A DNA stretch of 64,000 bases from Candidatus Bathyarchaeota archaeon (GTDB lineage Archaea; Thermoproteota; Bathyarchaeia; Bathyarchaeales; Bathycorpusculaceae), in contig CAVZPM010000036.1 of assembly GCA_963777155.1 (NCBI GenBank), positions 64,001 to 128,000 of the forward strand. Reading direction: 5' to 3'. Numbering within the stretch: position 1 is the stretch's first letter; each line of letters starts with the position of its first letter. Position numbers and translations under genes: made by a program. The notes below the pieces were generated by a model, which saw nothing but the letters and a program-made list of their open reading frames with translations, ran no database searches and was not told the origin of the DNA. Below, one piece after another: positions 1 to 9,696 of the stretch.

Positions 1-766
1 CTCTACCATCCAGAGTGCTGTTTGTTACAGTGCCTTTCACGTCTAACTCGATGTATTCATCCAGAATCTTTGCGTTAGCAGATAGGATGTCGTCTTTTTT
101 GCCCGTATCAAGCCACCAGGAACGCAGGATTTCAGCCTTAACCGAAAAACCCATATTAATCATTTCTTGGATGGCATCGGTAATTTCTAGTTCGCCGCGC
201 CATGACGGCTTGATTTTTTCTATGGCTTGATGGACTTTGCTGGAGAACAGGTAGGTGCCGATTATTGCCAAGTTGCCCATTGGAGTCTTAGGTTTCTCCA
301 CGAGTTTCACTATGTTGCCTTTTTCATCTAGCTGTGCTATGCCAAAGGCTGAGGGGTTATCGACTTCTTTGAGAATAATAAGTGCGTCAAGATGCTCATT
401 TTTAAATTTTTTAACAAATGTTTCCAAGCCTTGACCCGTCACGTTGTCGCCTAGACACATAACAAAAGAGTCTGAACCCAGAAAACGCTTAGCTGTCTTG
501 ACCGCGTGTGCCAAGCCAAGCGGTTCCTGAGGAATATAGCATACATTTAGGTTCCAGCCTGAGCCATCCTTAACATAGTCCTCCACGAATTGGCCCGTTT
601 CACGTGCAGTGATGATGCCCACTTTTTTGATTGGAGTAGCTGCCACCTGATCAAGAACGTAGCCTAGGATGGGTTTGTTAGCTACAGGAATAAGTTGTTT
701 AGCACAGGTGAAAGTTAACGGCCTCAGCCTAGTTCCCTTACCGCCACTCAAAACAAGCGCTTTCAT
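1..766 (-). CDS. rfbA: Glucose-1-phosphate thymidylyltransferase (long form), 3' end runs off the window
   Basis: Not in the ORF track because it is partial. Manual translation from ATG at 766: MKALVLSGGKGTRLRPLTFTCAKQLIPVANKP...GLAHAV...LGDN...WWLDTGKKDD, the NTP-transferase GxGTRL/K motifs. Confidence 0.9.
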   Translation of the reverse strand, partial: MKALVLSGGKGTRLRPLTFTCAKQLIPVANKPILGYVLDQVAATPIKKVGIITARETGQFVEDYVKDGSGWNLNVCYIPQEPLGLAHAVKTAKRFLGSDSFVMCLGDNVTGQGLETFVKKFKNEHLDALIILKEVDNPSAFGIAQLDEKGNIVKLVEKPKTPMGNLAIIGTYLFSSKVHQAIEKIKPSWRGELEITDAIQEMINMGFSVKAEILRSWWLDTGKKDDILSANAKILDEYIELDVKGTVTNSTLDGR

Positions 767-931
767 GTCAATCCCCAACTCATAAGTAAAACAGGATATT
801 ATGACTTGCTGTTGTCATTAAAATATTTCCTAGAGGCAATTGTAGTTGTATTACCACAACCACATAATTCTATTAACAAATAGAACAATAGCACATAACA
901 AATCCTAATCTGCCCAAACAAAGGATGAACC

Positions 932-1144
932 ATGAGAAAATCTAGAGAACTTTGGTTTTCTTCTTTAATTAATGGAAAAGAAAAATGCAAATTCACTGGT
1001 TCATGCAGACTATACTCAAACGCAAGCTACACGTGCACACATACAGGCGGAAGCTACTGCGGCAAATACAGAAAACTAAGCCGAACCCCAGAAAACAAAA
1101 AAGTTCAAACCCCCTTCCTTATACAAAATCTACTGCAAAATTAA
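932..1144 (+). CDS. Small Cys-rich hypothetical protein (70 aa)
   Basis: Intergenic ATG ORF with four spaced Cys (CKFTGSC...CTHTGGSYCG). Confidence 0.5.
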   Translation: MRKSRELWFSSLINGKEKCKFTGSCRLYSNASYTCTHTGGSYCGKYRKLSRTPENKKVQTPFLIQNLLQN

Positions 1145-1180
1145 TGGCTTCTCCTAAATCTTAGATAAGCGTCTATGGCA

Positions 1181-2782
1181 CTATTCAGCGGTGGCGTTTC
1201 TATCTTCACGTTGTAGAACATTCATTAACTTTCCAACTAATTTAATGATAATAGCCAACGGTTTTCGCAGAGGCCCCATTGCATTGGCGATACCGCTGAT
1301 ATTCTCCAGATCAGCCTTTTTCACGGTTTTGGTAACTACCGCTAGAAGTATGAAAGCAATCATGAAGACTACGACGCCTAAAACAAGTTGCACTGGATTG
1401 CTAAACGGCATAAGAGACACTGCAAAATAGGTAATCAACCCAGTTAAGCCTGAAGAGAACGTAATTTTCGCTGAAGACCCCCAGTCTAAACCCACATCAA
1501 ACTTTTTCTTAATGAAACGTAGGCTTAAGAATAAGGCTGGAAGTCCAACAATCGTTGTTGTTACTATCAAACCGATAATTCCGAATTGGGAAACCAACAC
1601 AAAACTCAAAGGAAAACCAATAGCTACCGTGAGAAGCCCCAACCACAGGTTGTACCTTGTGTATCCTTGACCATTAATTAAGTTTCCAGCACTTAGGCTT
1701 CCTAAAGCTGAAAACAGGTAAATCACCGCTAGCAAAGCAAGGTAAAGAGGAGCCTGAACATACTTGTCTGCGAAGATGGTGTTGATTGCGGGTTGCGACA
1801 GAGCCATAACCAGCGTAGTAACGGGCATAATAATAAGTGCCGCGTACTTAACTGAATACTGGAAAACGTTCTTGAGGGTTTCCTTATCTTTTTTGGCATC
1901 CAATTTGGAGAAGGCCGGAAACAGCATGGTTGTTACTGGAGTGGCAAAGAAATTGATTAAAACTACAAAGTTCACCGCCACAGAATAGTTGCCGATCAAC
2001 GAGTTGTCAGTTACGAAGTACGCCATTATAAAACTGTAGAATTGAGTAAGAAACCCAGTTAAGATTGCGCCTATCGAAAGTGGCAATCCATACACAAGCA
2101 TAGTTCTAACCGTCTTAGACAACTCTAGTTTGCCATCTCTAGATTTAGGCAAAGACCTATAGATAGTGTACATTAGCAACACACCGGACAAACCTGCAAC
2201 CAAGACGCCTATTGAAAAACCGATAACGGCGCCAAGAGTACCTAAACCAAAAACCACAAGCCCAATAATTAGAGTCGTCTTAATCAAGGATTGAACAATC
2301 AACATGACGCTGTTTAGATGCATCTTTTCCATGCCTGTGAAAGCTGAGGTTGCGGTGTTAACTAGTGCGCCAGTCAAGATGTACAAAGAAGATATCTGAA
2401 TTAACCCAACGATGGCTGGACGACCATAGAAGTCTGCTAGAAACTGGGAAAGCCCAAAAGACAAAAAAGTAAGGGCTAAACCAACGAGAATCTCGAAAAC
2501 TAACCCTGAAACAAACACACTTCTTATCTTGGCTACATTATTTTCGCTGTTGTATTCTGCGGAGTACTTTATCATGGCGGTGGTTACGCCCCAATCCCTG
2601 AACGTGGCAATCAGGTTGGGAGCAGCAAGAGCAATAGTGTATAAGCCCATGTTGTCTGCGCCTAGAAGTCTGGCGATAAATATTGTGCCGACCGCTGAGA
2701 TAACGGTGGAGAGCACCAGACCCCATAGTAGGTGGAAGCCGCCTTTAGCTGAAACCTTCGCCATCTCCGTAGCCTTAGACAA
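1181..2782 (-). CDS. Wzx/MOP-family oligosaccharide flippase
   Basis: 533 aa, about 14 hydrophobic segments, 'ARLLGADNMGLY' and 'LFPAFSK' flippase-like motifs; upstream of rfbA. Confidence 0.88.
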   Translation of the reverse strand: MSKATEMAKVSAKGGFHLLWGLVLSTVISAVGTIFIARLLGADNMGLYTIALAAPNLIATFRDWGVTTAMIKYSAEYNSENNVAKIRSVFVSGLVFEILVGLALTFLSFGLSQFLADFYGRPAIVGLIQISSLYILTGALVNTATSAFTGMEKMHLNSVMLIVQSLIKTTLIIGLVVFGLGTLGAVIGFSIGVLVAGLSGVLLMYTIYRSLPKSRDGKLELSKTVRTMLVYGLPLSIGAILTGFLTQFYSFIMAYFVTDNSLIGNYSVAVNFVVLINFFATPVTTMLFPAFSKLDAKKDKETLKNVFQYSVKYAALIIMPVTTLVMALSQPAINTIFADKYVQAPLYLALLAVIYLFSALGSLSAGNLINGQGYTRYNLWLGLLTVAIGFPLSFVLVSQFGIIGLIVTTTIVGLPALFLSLRFIKKKFDVGLDWGSSAKITFSSGLTGLITYFAVSLMPFSNPVQLVLGVVVFMIAFILLAVVTKTVKKADLENISGIANAMGPLRKPLAIIIKLVGKLMNVLQREDRNATAE

Positions 2783-3243
2783 ACCTCTCTATCCTCCAAT
2801 CTGAGTCTTTACGAGTTAACTCTTGTTTGTAATGTACCGTTTATCACTTTTGGTTTCCATAAGCTTCTTTATCTGACATAACCTGCTTGATCAATAGCAA
2901 TGTTTGTCTAGTTTTCTTATTGGTTGTTGTTGGATTGTCCTGTGTGTAGGGGCGTTTTTTCTGATTGTTTTTTAGGGTTTGTTTTGGGTTTGGGTTGTGG
3001 TTTGGCGTTTGTCTGGTTGTAGTAGTGGATATGGAAGAGCTTTTCCCATGTTGATTTAGCAGATTTTAGGCTTCTTGTGGACATTTTCAACATAGTTGGT
3101 CAAACCAACACCTATGGTTGCCGTGTTCCAATTTTGTCTATAAATTGTTTGAAATAAGAAAATAACAAGAATGTTTTGATTTTATCAGAACAGAAAGCGG
3201 CACCATATATCTTAACGTATCATAAAGTTTTATAAGTGTACAA

Positions 3244-3492
3244 TTGAGATCCAAATCCATGGCGCGAATATCAAGAATCCGAGCTATGTTTTTGATACCA
3301 TTTGCATCAATATTCTTTCTTCTCGGATGGATCGCATTCTACATCGGATCGATAGGTAGCTACCAAAAAGTTTTAGCTAAACCCCTAAACAACCTACAGA
3401 ACATAATTACCCTAGAAAATCAACAGATCATAGCCATTCCTAATCTTCAGAAGCAACCTATAAGCCAATCCATCTTGCCCCCAAAAAAATGA
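3244..3492 (+). CDS. Small single-TM membrane protein
   Basis: Hydrophobic segment MFLIPFASIFFLLGWIAFYIG; start uncertain. Confidence 0.45.
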   Translation: MRSKSMARISRIRAMFLIPFASIFFLLGWIAFYIGSIGSYQKVLAKPLNNLQNIITLENQQIIAIPNLQKQPISQSILPPKK

Positions 3493-3692
3493 ACGAATCC
3501 AAACATAATATTGTCGGGTGCCATGTCTTAGACATCTACCAGTTCTTATTTCTTAAATGACTCTGCTTCATCGAGGATAAGTTGCATTTAGTATTCTAAA
3601 TTCATAAAACATACTAATCAAGTGCAAAATAGAAGACTAACGGAATCTTTCACTTTTGAGCTCTAAGCTCTCAAGGTGGATGCAAAAGAAAC

Positions 3693-4538
3693 ATGACGAA
3701 AAAAAGAGCGCTGTTGAAGAAAAGCATACTCCTCGCAGTACTAGTAATGACCCTTACTTTGGAAGCTTCTTTGACGATGGAAAACACCCATGCCGCAACG
3801 CCTGCTCCAACCCCAGAACCAGCATCTACCTCCAAAGTCGCCCCTCCACCAGTCGCAACATCCAAGTTCGCCTATGAAGCCGAAGGCAACCAAAAATCAA
3901 GCTTACCAGCCCCAAAAACCATAACCCTCTGCAACTATACGACACCACCCGACACCGGCACAATCACACAAATCAGCATTCGTCTAACGGGGATCCCAGA
4001 AGGCTCACAAGTCAGAGCAATAATCTATTCAAACGACCCTGATTCAAATTTACCTCAAGTAGGAGAACCGCTTTTGCAAACCTATGCCTTGAACGTAACG
4101 TCGGTTTCTGGTGAATGGTACAATTTCAAAATGAACTACTCTGCGTCTCCGAACACTGTATACTGGTTAGGATATTATTCAGACAACTACACTCAATACT
4201 TTTTTGATAACAACAATGACCATATTTCACTGACCTCACAAACCAGAGACGAAAATTCACCGTTGATTCCGGTATTATCATGGCGTTACATTGGAAAAAC
4301 AATTATGAGCCTGTATGCGCAATACACGATAGCAGACCCCACATATACTCCAACTACAATAAACACGCCTCAACGTACTCCAACTCCGATTAACACGGAT
4401 TCCACTATTTCCAGTAGCCCTGGACTGGCTCAGAGTATTCAAGAAACATTTTTTGTGCTACTAATCATGGGTGCCGAAGCAACAATTGTAGTATCAGAAC
4501 AAAGCCACAAAAAAAAGAACCCTACCAACAAACAATAA
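3693..4538 (+). CDS. Secreted/surface protein with beta-rich domain and P/T-rich linkers
   Basis: Signal peptide (MTKKRALLKKSILLAVLVM...), P/T linkers, weak C-terminal hydrophobic tail. Confidence 0.75.
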   Translation: MTKKRALLKKSILLAVLVMTLTLEASLTMENTHAATPAPTPEPASTSKVAPPPVATSKFAYEAEGNQKSSLPAPKTITLCNYTTPPDTGTITQISIRLTGIPEGSQVRAIIYSNDPDSNLPQVGEPLLQTYALNVTSVSGEWYNFKMNYSASPNTVYWLGYYSDNYTQYFFDNNNDHISLTSQTRDENSPLIPVLSWRYIGKTIMSLYAQYTIADPTYTPTTINTPQRTPTPINTDSTISSSPGLAQSIQETFFVLLIMGAEATIVVSEQSHKKKNPTNKQ

Positions 4539-4737
4539 CTCAATTTCAACGCCTATTTACAGGAACCAAACAAAATAAGCTCGCGTTTTTCGCAACTGCA
4601 ACCACAATAGCCGTTGTGGTTGTTGTTTTGAGACGAAAGAAACTAACGGCTAAAAAAGTAATTTCCAAATTCATATTTAAAGTTCATAAGTTTTTAAAAA
4701 GGGTCCCCACATAGTGCTAAAACAATTAGTGATCTAA

Positions 4738-5022
4738 ATGTCAAATGTAACACTAAAAAAAGAGAACAACTCAAAAGACGAAGATATCCTCAATTCGTTC
4801 CAAAGCCTAGAAGTTGACAAAGCACGTCTTAGTGAACAAAAAGAACACCTAACAGCCCTTCTAAACCAACTGGAAATCAAAGCCAAAGAAGAATACGAAA
4901 AAAGAAAACGAAAATTAGAAAAACTAAATTCAGAAGTCACATACCTAAAACAAAGATGCGAAAAATTCACAAGCTTCATAGACTCCCAATCAACCGTGGA
5001 GTGTACCCAAGCTGGAATCTAG
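4738..5022 (+). CDS. Small coiled-coil protein
   Basis: 94 aa, E/K-rich heptad pattern, TATA-like element upstream. Confidence 0.65.
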   Translation: MSNVTLKKENNSKDEDILNSFQSLEVDKARLSEQKEHLTALLNQLEIKAKEEYEKRKRKLEKLNSEVTYLKQRCEKFTSFIDSQSTVECTQAGI

Positions 5023-5110
5023 AAACATACTAACACAACTCTTCAATAGTAAACAAACATACTACCTGCTATTCCTATGGGCACTTACGTGGTTCTCATA
5101 TGGATTATTT

Positions 5111-5632
5111 ATGAAAAATCAAATAAATATTCTAAATATTACTGGCGCTGCTATTTCAGCGAGCTTTATTGTATTTTTATATTTTCTGCCCTCGCTTAAT
5201 CTATTATCTCTTATAAAAAGTAGGAGCATTGCCAAAACCCAGAAAACCCAAACTCAGCAGTTACCAAATTTAAGAAGATATAAAAAAGCACTTCCTCCAA
5301 CGCTTCCTCCAACCTTGGCTGATACCTGCATCTCCCCAAGTATTATAAACCAAAAAGAAGAAACCGAATCCATTAAGCAACCCGAATCCACAGAACTAAC
5401 AAACATACCTGAAACACAAGAACCCAACCCCCCTCAAGAAATTACTGAAATTGAAACACAGGAACTCGAATGTATAAAATTAGAAGACACCCCCCAGCAG
5501 CTACCTTCAAAGTCAAATGGTTGTCCAAAAAATCTAGACTACTATACCAAGAAACCAAGACCAAAACAAACACCAGAAGAATGCATCACCTGCAAAAACC
5601 TAATCAACTGCGTATGCCTCACAAGCAACTAA
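5111..5632 (+). CDS. Membrane-anchored protein with C-terminal Cys cluster
   Basis: N-terminal TM, disordered P/E-rich middle, C-terminal GCPKNLDYY...PEECITCKNLINCVC. Confidence 0.65.
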   Translation: MKNQINILNITGAAISASFIVFLYFLPSLNLLSLIKSRSIAKTQKTQTQQLPNLRRYKKALPPTLPPTLADTCISPSIINQKEETESIKQPESTELTNIPETQEPNPPQEITEIETQELECIKLEDTPQQLPSKSNGCPKNLDYYTKKPRPKQTPEECITCKNLINCVCLTSN

Positions 5633-5712
5633 CAACACTTTCCGTAGGTTGTTGTATACTCTAAGCAACCACAAATCTTCTTATTCGCTCTTTTGGAAGG
5701 ATAAATCTATTA

Positions 5713-5853
5713 TTGGAGAGGATACTTGTAGCTAAATGTCCCAACTGCGGAAAAGAAGTGTACAAGCCCTTCCGCTCATTAAGTAACCATTTTTTCCATG
5801 TTGAAGCTTACCTTTGCGAAGGCTGTCAGACATGCTTCAAAGTGGCCGAATAA
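5713..5853 (+). CDS. Zinc-ribbon microprotein (46 aa), not in ORF track
   Basis: Manual translation from TTG: MERILVAKCPNCGKEVYKPFRSLSNHFFHVEAYLCEGCQTCFKVAE; two CxxC pairs. Confidence 0.65.
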   Translation: MERILVAKCPNCGKEVYKPFRSLSNHFFHVEAYLCEGCQTCFKVAE

Positions 5854-5921
5854 GACATTTTGATAATTCTGTTTTTAGGAAAAATTTTTAAACACTTAGG
5901 TATGACTAAAATTTTGCGGGG

Positions 5922-6149
5922 TTGGTGCCTCTGGATAGATTGCAAGCTATGGCTATGTTGAAAGAATTAGTGGATAATGACTTAGTTGAGCCTTCATACG
6001 TTTCAATGGTTCAATCGAAACCTAACCACTTCCTGATCCAAATAAAATGTGATTATAATAAAATGGAAATTGAGAGGCATGCAAAAAAACACGGCTTAAC
6101 TATAATTGAGGATAAGGAAAGAAAATACTTAACGATTTTTAAGCCGTAA
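5922..6149 (+). CDS. Small hypothetical protein
   Basis: 75-aa alpha/beta-like ORF with a TTTTTAAA box upstream. Confidence 0.65.
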   Translation: MVPLDRLQAMAMLKELVDNDLVEPSYVSMVQSKPNHFLIQIKCDYNKMEIERHAKKHGLTIIEDKERKYLTIFKP

Positions 6150-6473
6150 GCCGTTTTAGCCTTGAGCCTATCAAACAAGTTAGCCCACAATCCACCTGTG
6201 AATGCATAAGACCAATAAAATGCTAATTTGCCGCTAAAACTGGATACCCTATCTGACTGTTGCGATACTCACTTTAGAATAACACATGATTCTCAATAAA
6301 AAAATAGTTTATGGCGAAAACCATTTTTTAGTTTAATTCAAAGAAGCCTATTTTATTGCAAAAATAATACTGAAAATGCATTTTTATAGGCATTAGACAA
6401 AAAGCTATTAAGCAAGTTAGCTCCTACAAACATTTGTCTGGAAAAAACTCTCAGATAAAACGAAAGGGTTCTT

Positions 6474-6569
6474 ATGAAAAAAAACGAGCCTGAAAGGTCG
6501 GCATCTGAACAGAAGTTCATTGAAGACACCATAAATTATCTAAAAAAAAGAGAAAAAAAGAACAGATAA
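6474..6569 (+). CDS. Possible basic microprotein (31 aa)
   Basis: MKKNEPERSASEQKFIEDTINYLKKREKKNR, preceded by AAGGG; helical-looking. Confidence 0.3.
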   Translation: MKKNEPERSASEQKFIEDTINYLKKREKKNR

Positions 6570-6819
6570 TAATTTCTGAGTTTTGAGTCCTAAAATATTT
6601 AAAGATAATAAAAAAAAGATCATTATTACAATGCGGGGACTAATTTTCTATTAGTTAACCGTTGAGCAAGTCTCCCTCTCCTACGACGGTTGGAGTGGGG
6701 ACATAGCGGGCAAAGAGGACTAATCAACACATTTACAGTTCCTGTCTTAATGTCATACTCTGGGTTTAAGGATTAAAATTTTAATCCCCCGATTATAGAT
6801 GAAACGTAGCAGTCAGAGA

Positions 6820-7236
6820 CTAATCATTACGAGCTATTTGCACTGTTAAATCCAATTTCCAAAGTCGACGAGCACTCCAAAAAACAGCAATCCATGACAA
6901 AATTGTAAGTACAGCTAATAATCCAGACTGAATAATGTATCGGTAATATTGCATATCTGTCTGGTTCACGGGAACAACCATAGTAATTACAGCTCCTATC
7001 GGTGTTTTTGGCCATGGAAGAAAAGTGTATCCAGGAGTTGGCCACTTGAGAGTCCCTTCATAGTCGTGAACATAAGAGGCCACATAGTAAGCAGAAACAC
7101 CGTAGACAGAAATGACCAGCGCTATCAGAATAAAAACAGCTAACGTCGTCTTTGCTTTTCTACTGTTTTTCATGCTACTCGGTTTACTATCAAGTTTTAT
7201 AGTCTTATATTTTTCCATAGACAGCTCAAATCTCAA
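6820..7236 (-). CDS. Two-TM membrane protein
   Basis: Two clear hydrophobic segments in 138 aa. Confidence 0.6.
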   Translation of the reverse strand: MRFELSMEKYKTIKLDSKPSSMKNSRKAKTTLAVFILIALVISVYGVSAYYVASYVHDYEGTLKWPTPGYTFLPWPKTPIGAVITMVVPVNQTDMQYYRYIIQSGLLAVLTILSWIAVFWSARRLWKLDLTVQIARND

Positions 7237-7306
7237 GGAATCTTGGGGTTTAGAGACTTGGACAAGACTTATAGGTCTGCAATGTTACGCTTTGTTGGTT
7301 TTTGAA

Positions 7307-7387
7307 ATGAAAAATGAAATATTCGGTTTCGAAGAAGAAGAGGATTGCGAAGACTGCGATTGTGACGACTGCGAGGATGAAGAGTAA
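7307..7387 (+). CDS. Acidic Cys-rich peptide (26 aa)
   Basis: ATG at 7307: MKNEIFGFEEEEDCEDCDCDDCEDEE, followed by a T-rich terminator-like tract. Confidence 0.45.
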   Translation: MKNEIFGFEEEEDCEDCDCDDCEDEE

Positions 7388-7651
7388 AAATCCTTTACTC
7401 CACTTTCCTTTTTTCTACATGGATGCTTCAAAAAATTAGTCTATTTCCCTAAGAAACCAGCATACCTACAGCGCTACCATAAGTTACTATCAGGTGTTCC
7501 CTCCCGTTATGGAGCCAGAATCAGACTACTTCACAACCTTCACCGTTTATGCGCCCTCTGGACAAAAAACATTCCAAAGACTTTGCCTAGCCTAAACGTC
7601 TATAGAACTTTTCCAGTAGACTTATAACAAGTTTTCAAGAATTAATTATTC

Positions 7652-7780
7652 ATGAGATGTAAGAACTGCGGGCACCTTATCTGGGTTCCAGATGAAGTTG
7701 CCGACAAAGGCACAGTTTATAAACATAAACAATCCAACCATAGCATGTACTGCCCATGCAGAAAACCTGAACCAACATAG
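7652..7780 (+). CDS. Zinc-binding microprotein (42 aa), not in ORF track
   Basis: MRCKNCGHLIWVPDEVADKGTVYKHKQSNHSMYCPCRKPEPT; TTATAA box about 25 nt upstream, T-tracts after the stop. Confidence 0.6.
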   Translation: MRCKNCGHLIWVPDEVADKGTVYKHKQSNHSMYCPCRKPEPT

Positions 7781-8149
7781 TTCTGTTTTTAACCGTTTAT
7801 TTTTTGTACATAAAATTTTTCCCTCCGGTCGTGGGGGGAAGGACTTATTGCTTGACACAAAGAATTGAGGGCTTGGCAAATCCCCGAAACTATAGGAAGA
7901 GAATAATGGTGCAGTTTTGATTGGAGAGAAGACTTTTTTGATTCGCCAAGCCCTACCTGTCAGGCTTTGCATTTGCTCCTGCAAATATAAGAAAACTAGA
8001 ACACGAATAAAAGAAAATGTGGTAGTGCCTAAGCAACAACAAACTATCCACTTTTACTTGCCCCTACTATCCCACAGAGTTGTTTTAGCAAATTATCTTT
8101 TAATGAAAACACAGAACAGTTTCTTATAGGTTTTTTTGATTATTTCACT

Positions 8150-8332
8150 TTAGCTAAGCCTTGCGATGCTTGCGGCAACATAGTCGGCGGTGGAGTCTAC
8201 TGGTGTCCTAAATGCAGAATCTGTTCTTGTGGTCTCTGCCATTTTCAGTTACTATTCAAACAGAAGAAGAAATACCCAAAAAGCGTTGATTTAGTCTGCC
8301 CGATGCGCGGTGGGCAATTCGAATCCTCGTGA
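8150..8332 (+). pseudogene. Multi-Cys (RING/ZZ-like) zinc-finger remnant
   Basis: Open frame (L)AKPCDACGNIVGGGVYWCPKCRICSCGLCH...VCPMRGG; begins at TTA rather than a start codon, and the final CxxC reads CPMR. Confidence 0.45.
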
Positions 8333-8529
8333 GTTTTTTGTGCATTAATATTGGTTCGCCAGCTAATCTTTTGTTAGTTAAGAAAATTGATTTAACTTGA
8401 TCATCTATAGGGTTACCGAACTAGGCTGTGCTACAAGACATGTTCCAATTTGGAACAATTTGTTTTTGTTTGTTCCATCAATAGAACTAAAAGCAGTCAA
8501 ATCATACTACATCACCAAGACACTGACGG

Positions 8530-9642
8530 ATGTTGAGTGCTGTGATAAGAAGAAAAAAGTTTTCTCGAGGTTGTCTAAGTATCGGTAAAATTAGTAGGAG
8601 CTTGTCCTTAACTTTCATTTTGATTTTGTTTCTATCAAGCTCCATTATAGAGGGAACTGCTTGTGCTCAATCAACTAAACCCTTAGCACCAAAGTTTTCT
8701 ATGCAATTCCCAAATGACAGCACATTACAGTTTGTAATAGAAAATCAAGCATTCACAAGCAGCGATGTTGTTAACTCAATAGTTTATAATTATAGAGCCA
8801 AAGAACATTACTCAGGCTTATGGGTACGCCATGGAGGAGATGGTAAACTCCAGTCTGACACTGAAAATACACTTTGGGAAATAAGAATTGACACATTTAA
8901 TTTTTTACCAGACGTTGAAACTAAAAGTGTTGTTAAATCAAATCCTACTTTAATGGATTTTCAGCTTCGAGCACAAACTGGCAACTACTCAAGAGCGTAT
9001 TTTTACGGTCAGATGCCAGGTACCTCTATCCCAACTGATGGGTACTGGGAAACTACCTTCAATGAATCAGAGACAAGTGATTGGAGTGACACAATTACAG
9101 TTAACCTAAATGATAAAATTACGTTAACGCCAAGCCAACTCGCTTCACTTAATCCGACATTAAGTCCTGGTCCATCATTAACGCCCACAACTACAGGTTC
9201 CCCAACAGTTACTCCAACAGCTACACCCTCTTCATTTCAGTTTGATTTATCAGCTGGAGACAAAACCTACCCAGTTATCGCGTATAGCAACTCCACAATT
9301 ACCGATTTAACGTTTAACTCTGCCACGAAAGAGCTAAACTTCAAAGCAAACGGACAAACCGGAACAATAGGATACTGCAGAATCACTATCCCAGCTAATC
9401 TTGTATGGGGAGAACTATCAATCTACAAAGACGAAACACTGCTGGTAGAAAACGTAGATTACACCCAATCTAACGATGGAACAAACAATATACTAGAAAT
9501 TAACTACAATCACAGCACTCACAATTTCAAGATAATTGGAACACACGCAATCCCAGAGTTTCCCTGGTTGATGCTCTTACCTCTATTTCTGTTTGTACTA
9601 TCTTTAGCAGTGCTGATTAGGAAGAGAAAAATTTCTCGGTAA
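8530..9642 (+). CDS. Surface protein with PEF-CTERM sorting signal
   Basis: Signal peptide, P/T linker, C-terminus IPEF + TM + RKRK; true start probably slightly downstream. Confidence 0.8.
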   Translation: MLSAVIRRKKFSRGCLSIGKISRSLSLTFILILFLSSSIIEGTACAQSTKPLAPKFSMQFPNDSTLQFVIENQAFTSSDVVNSIVYNYRAKEHYSGLWVRHGGDGKLQSDTENTLWEIRIDTFNFLPDVETKSVVKSNPTLMDFQLRAQTGNYSRAYFYGQMPGTSIPTDGYWETTFNESETSDWSDTITVNLNDKITLTPSQLASLNPTLSPGPSLTPTTTGSPTVTPTATPSSFQFDLSAGDKTYPVIAYSNSTITDLTFNSATKELNFKANGQTGTIGYCRITIPANLVWGELSIYKDETLLVENVDYTQSNDGTNNILEINYNHSTHNFKIIGTHAIPEFPWLMLLPLFLFVLSLAVLIRKRKISR

Positions 9643-9696
9643 ACGTCAATACAATCTATTTAATGTATAAAGCCTCTTTTCATTGACGAGCGTGTT

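Noticed and set aside
4599-4622. 9-bp inverted repeat CAACCACAA/TTGTGGTTG as a stand-alone operator
   Set aside because: It lies in the TM-coding -1 frame and can arise from Thr/Val codons; not independently supported.
6670-6710. GC-rich hairpin (also ~7819-7842 and the 13798-13872 leader)
   Set aside because: Isolated stem-loops with no recognisable RNA family or IS end; too weak to call.
7112-7306. 5' part of ORF 7112..7387, and ORFs 7646..7984 and 48531..48791
   Set aside because: Each is antisense to a better-supported ORF.
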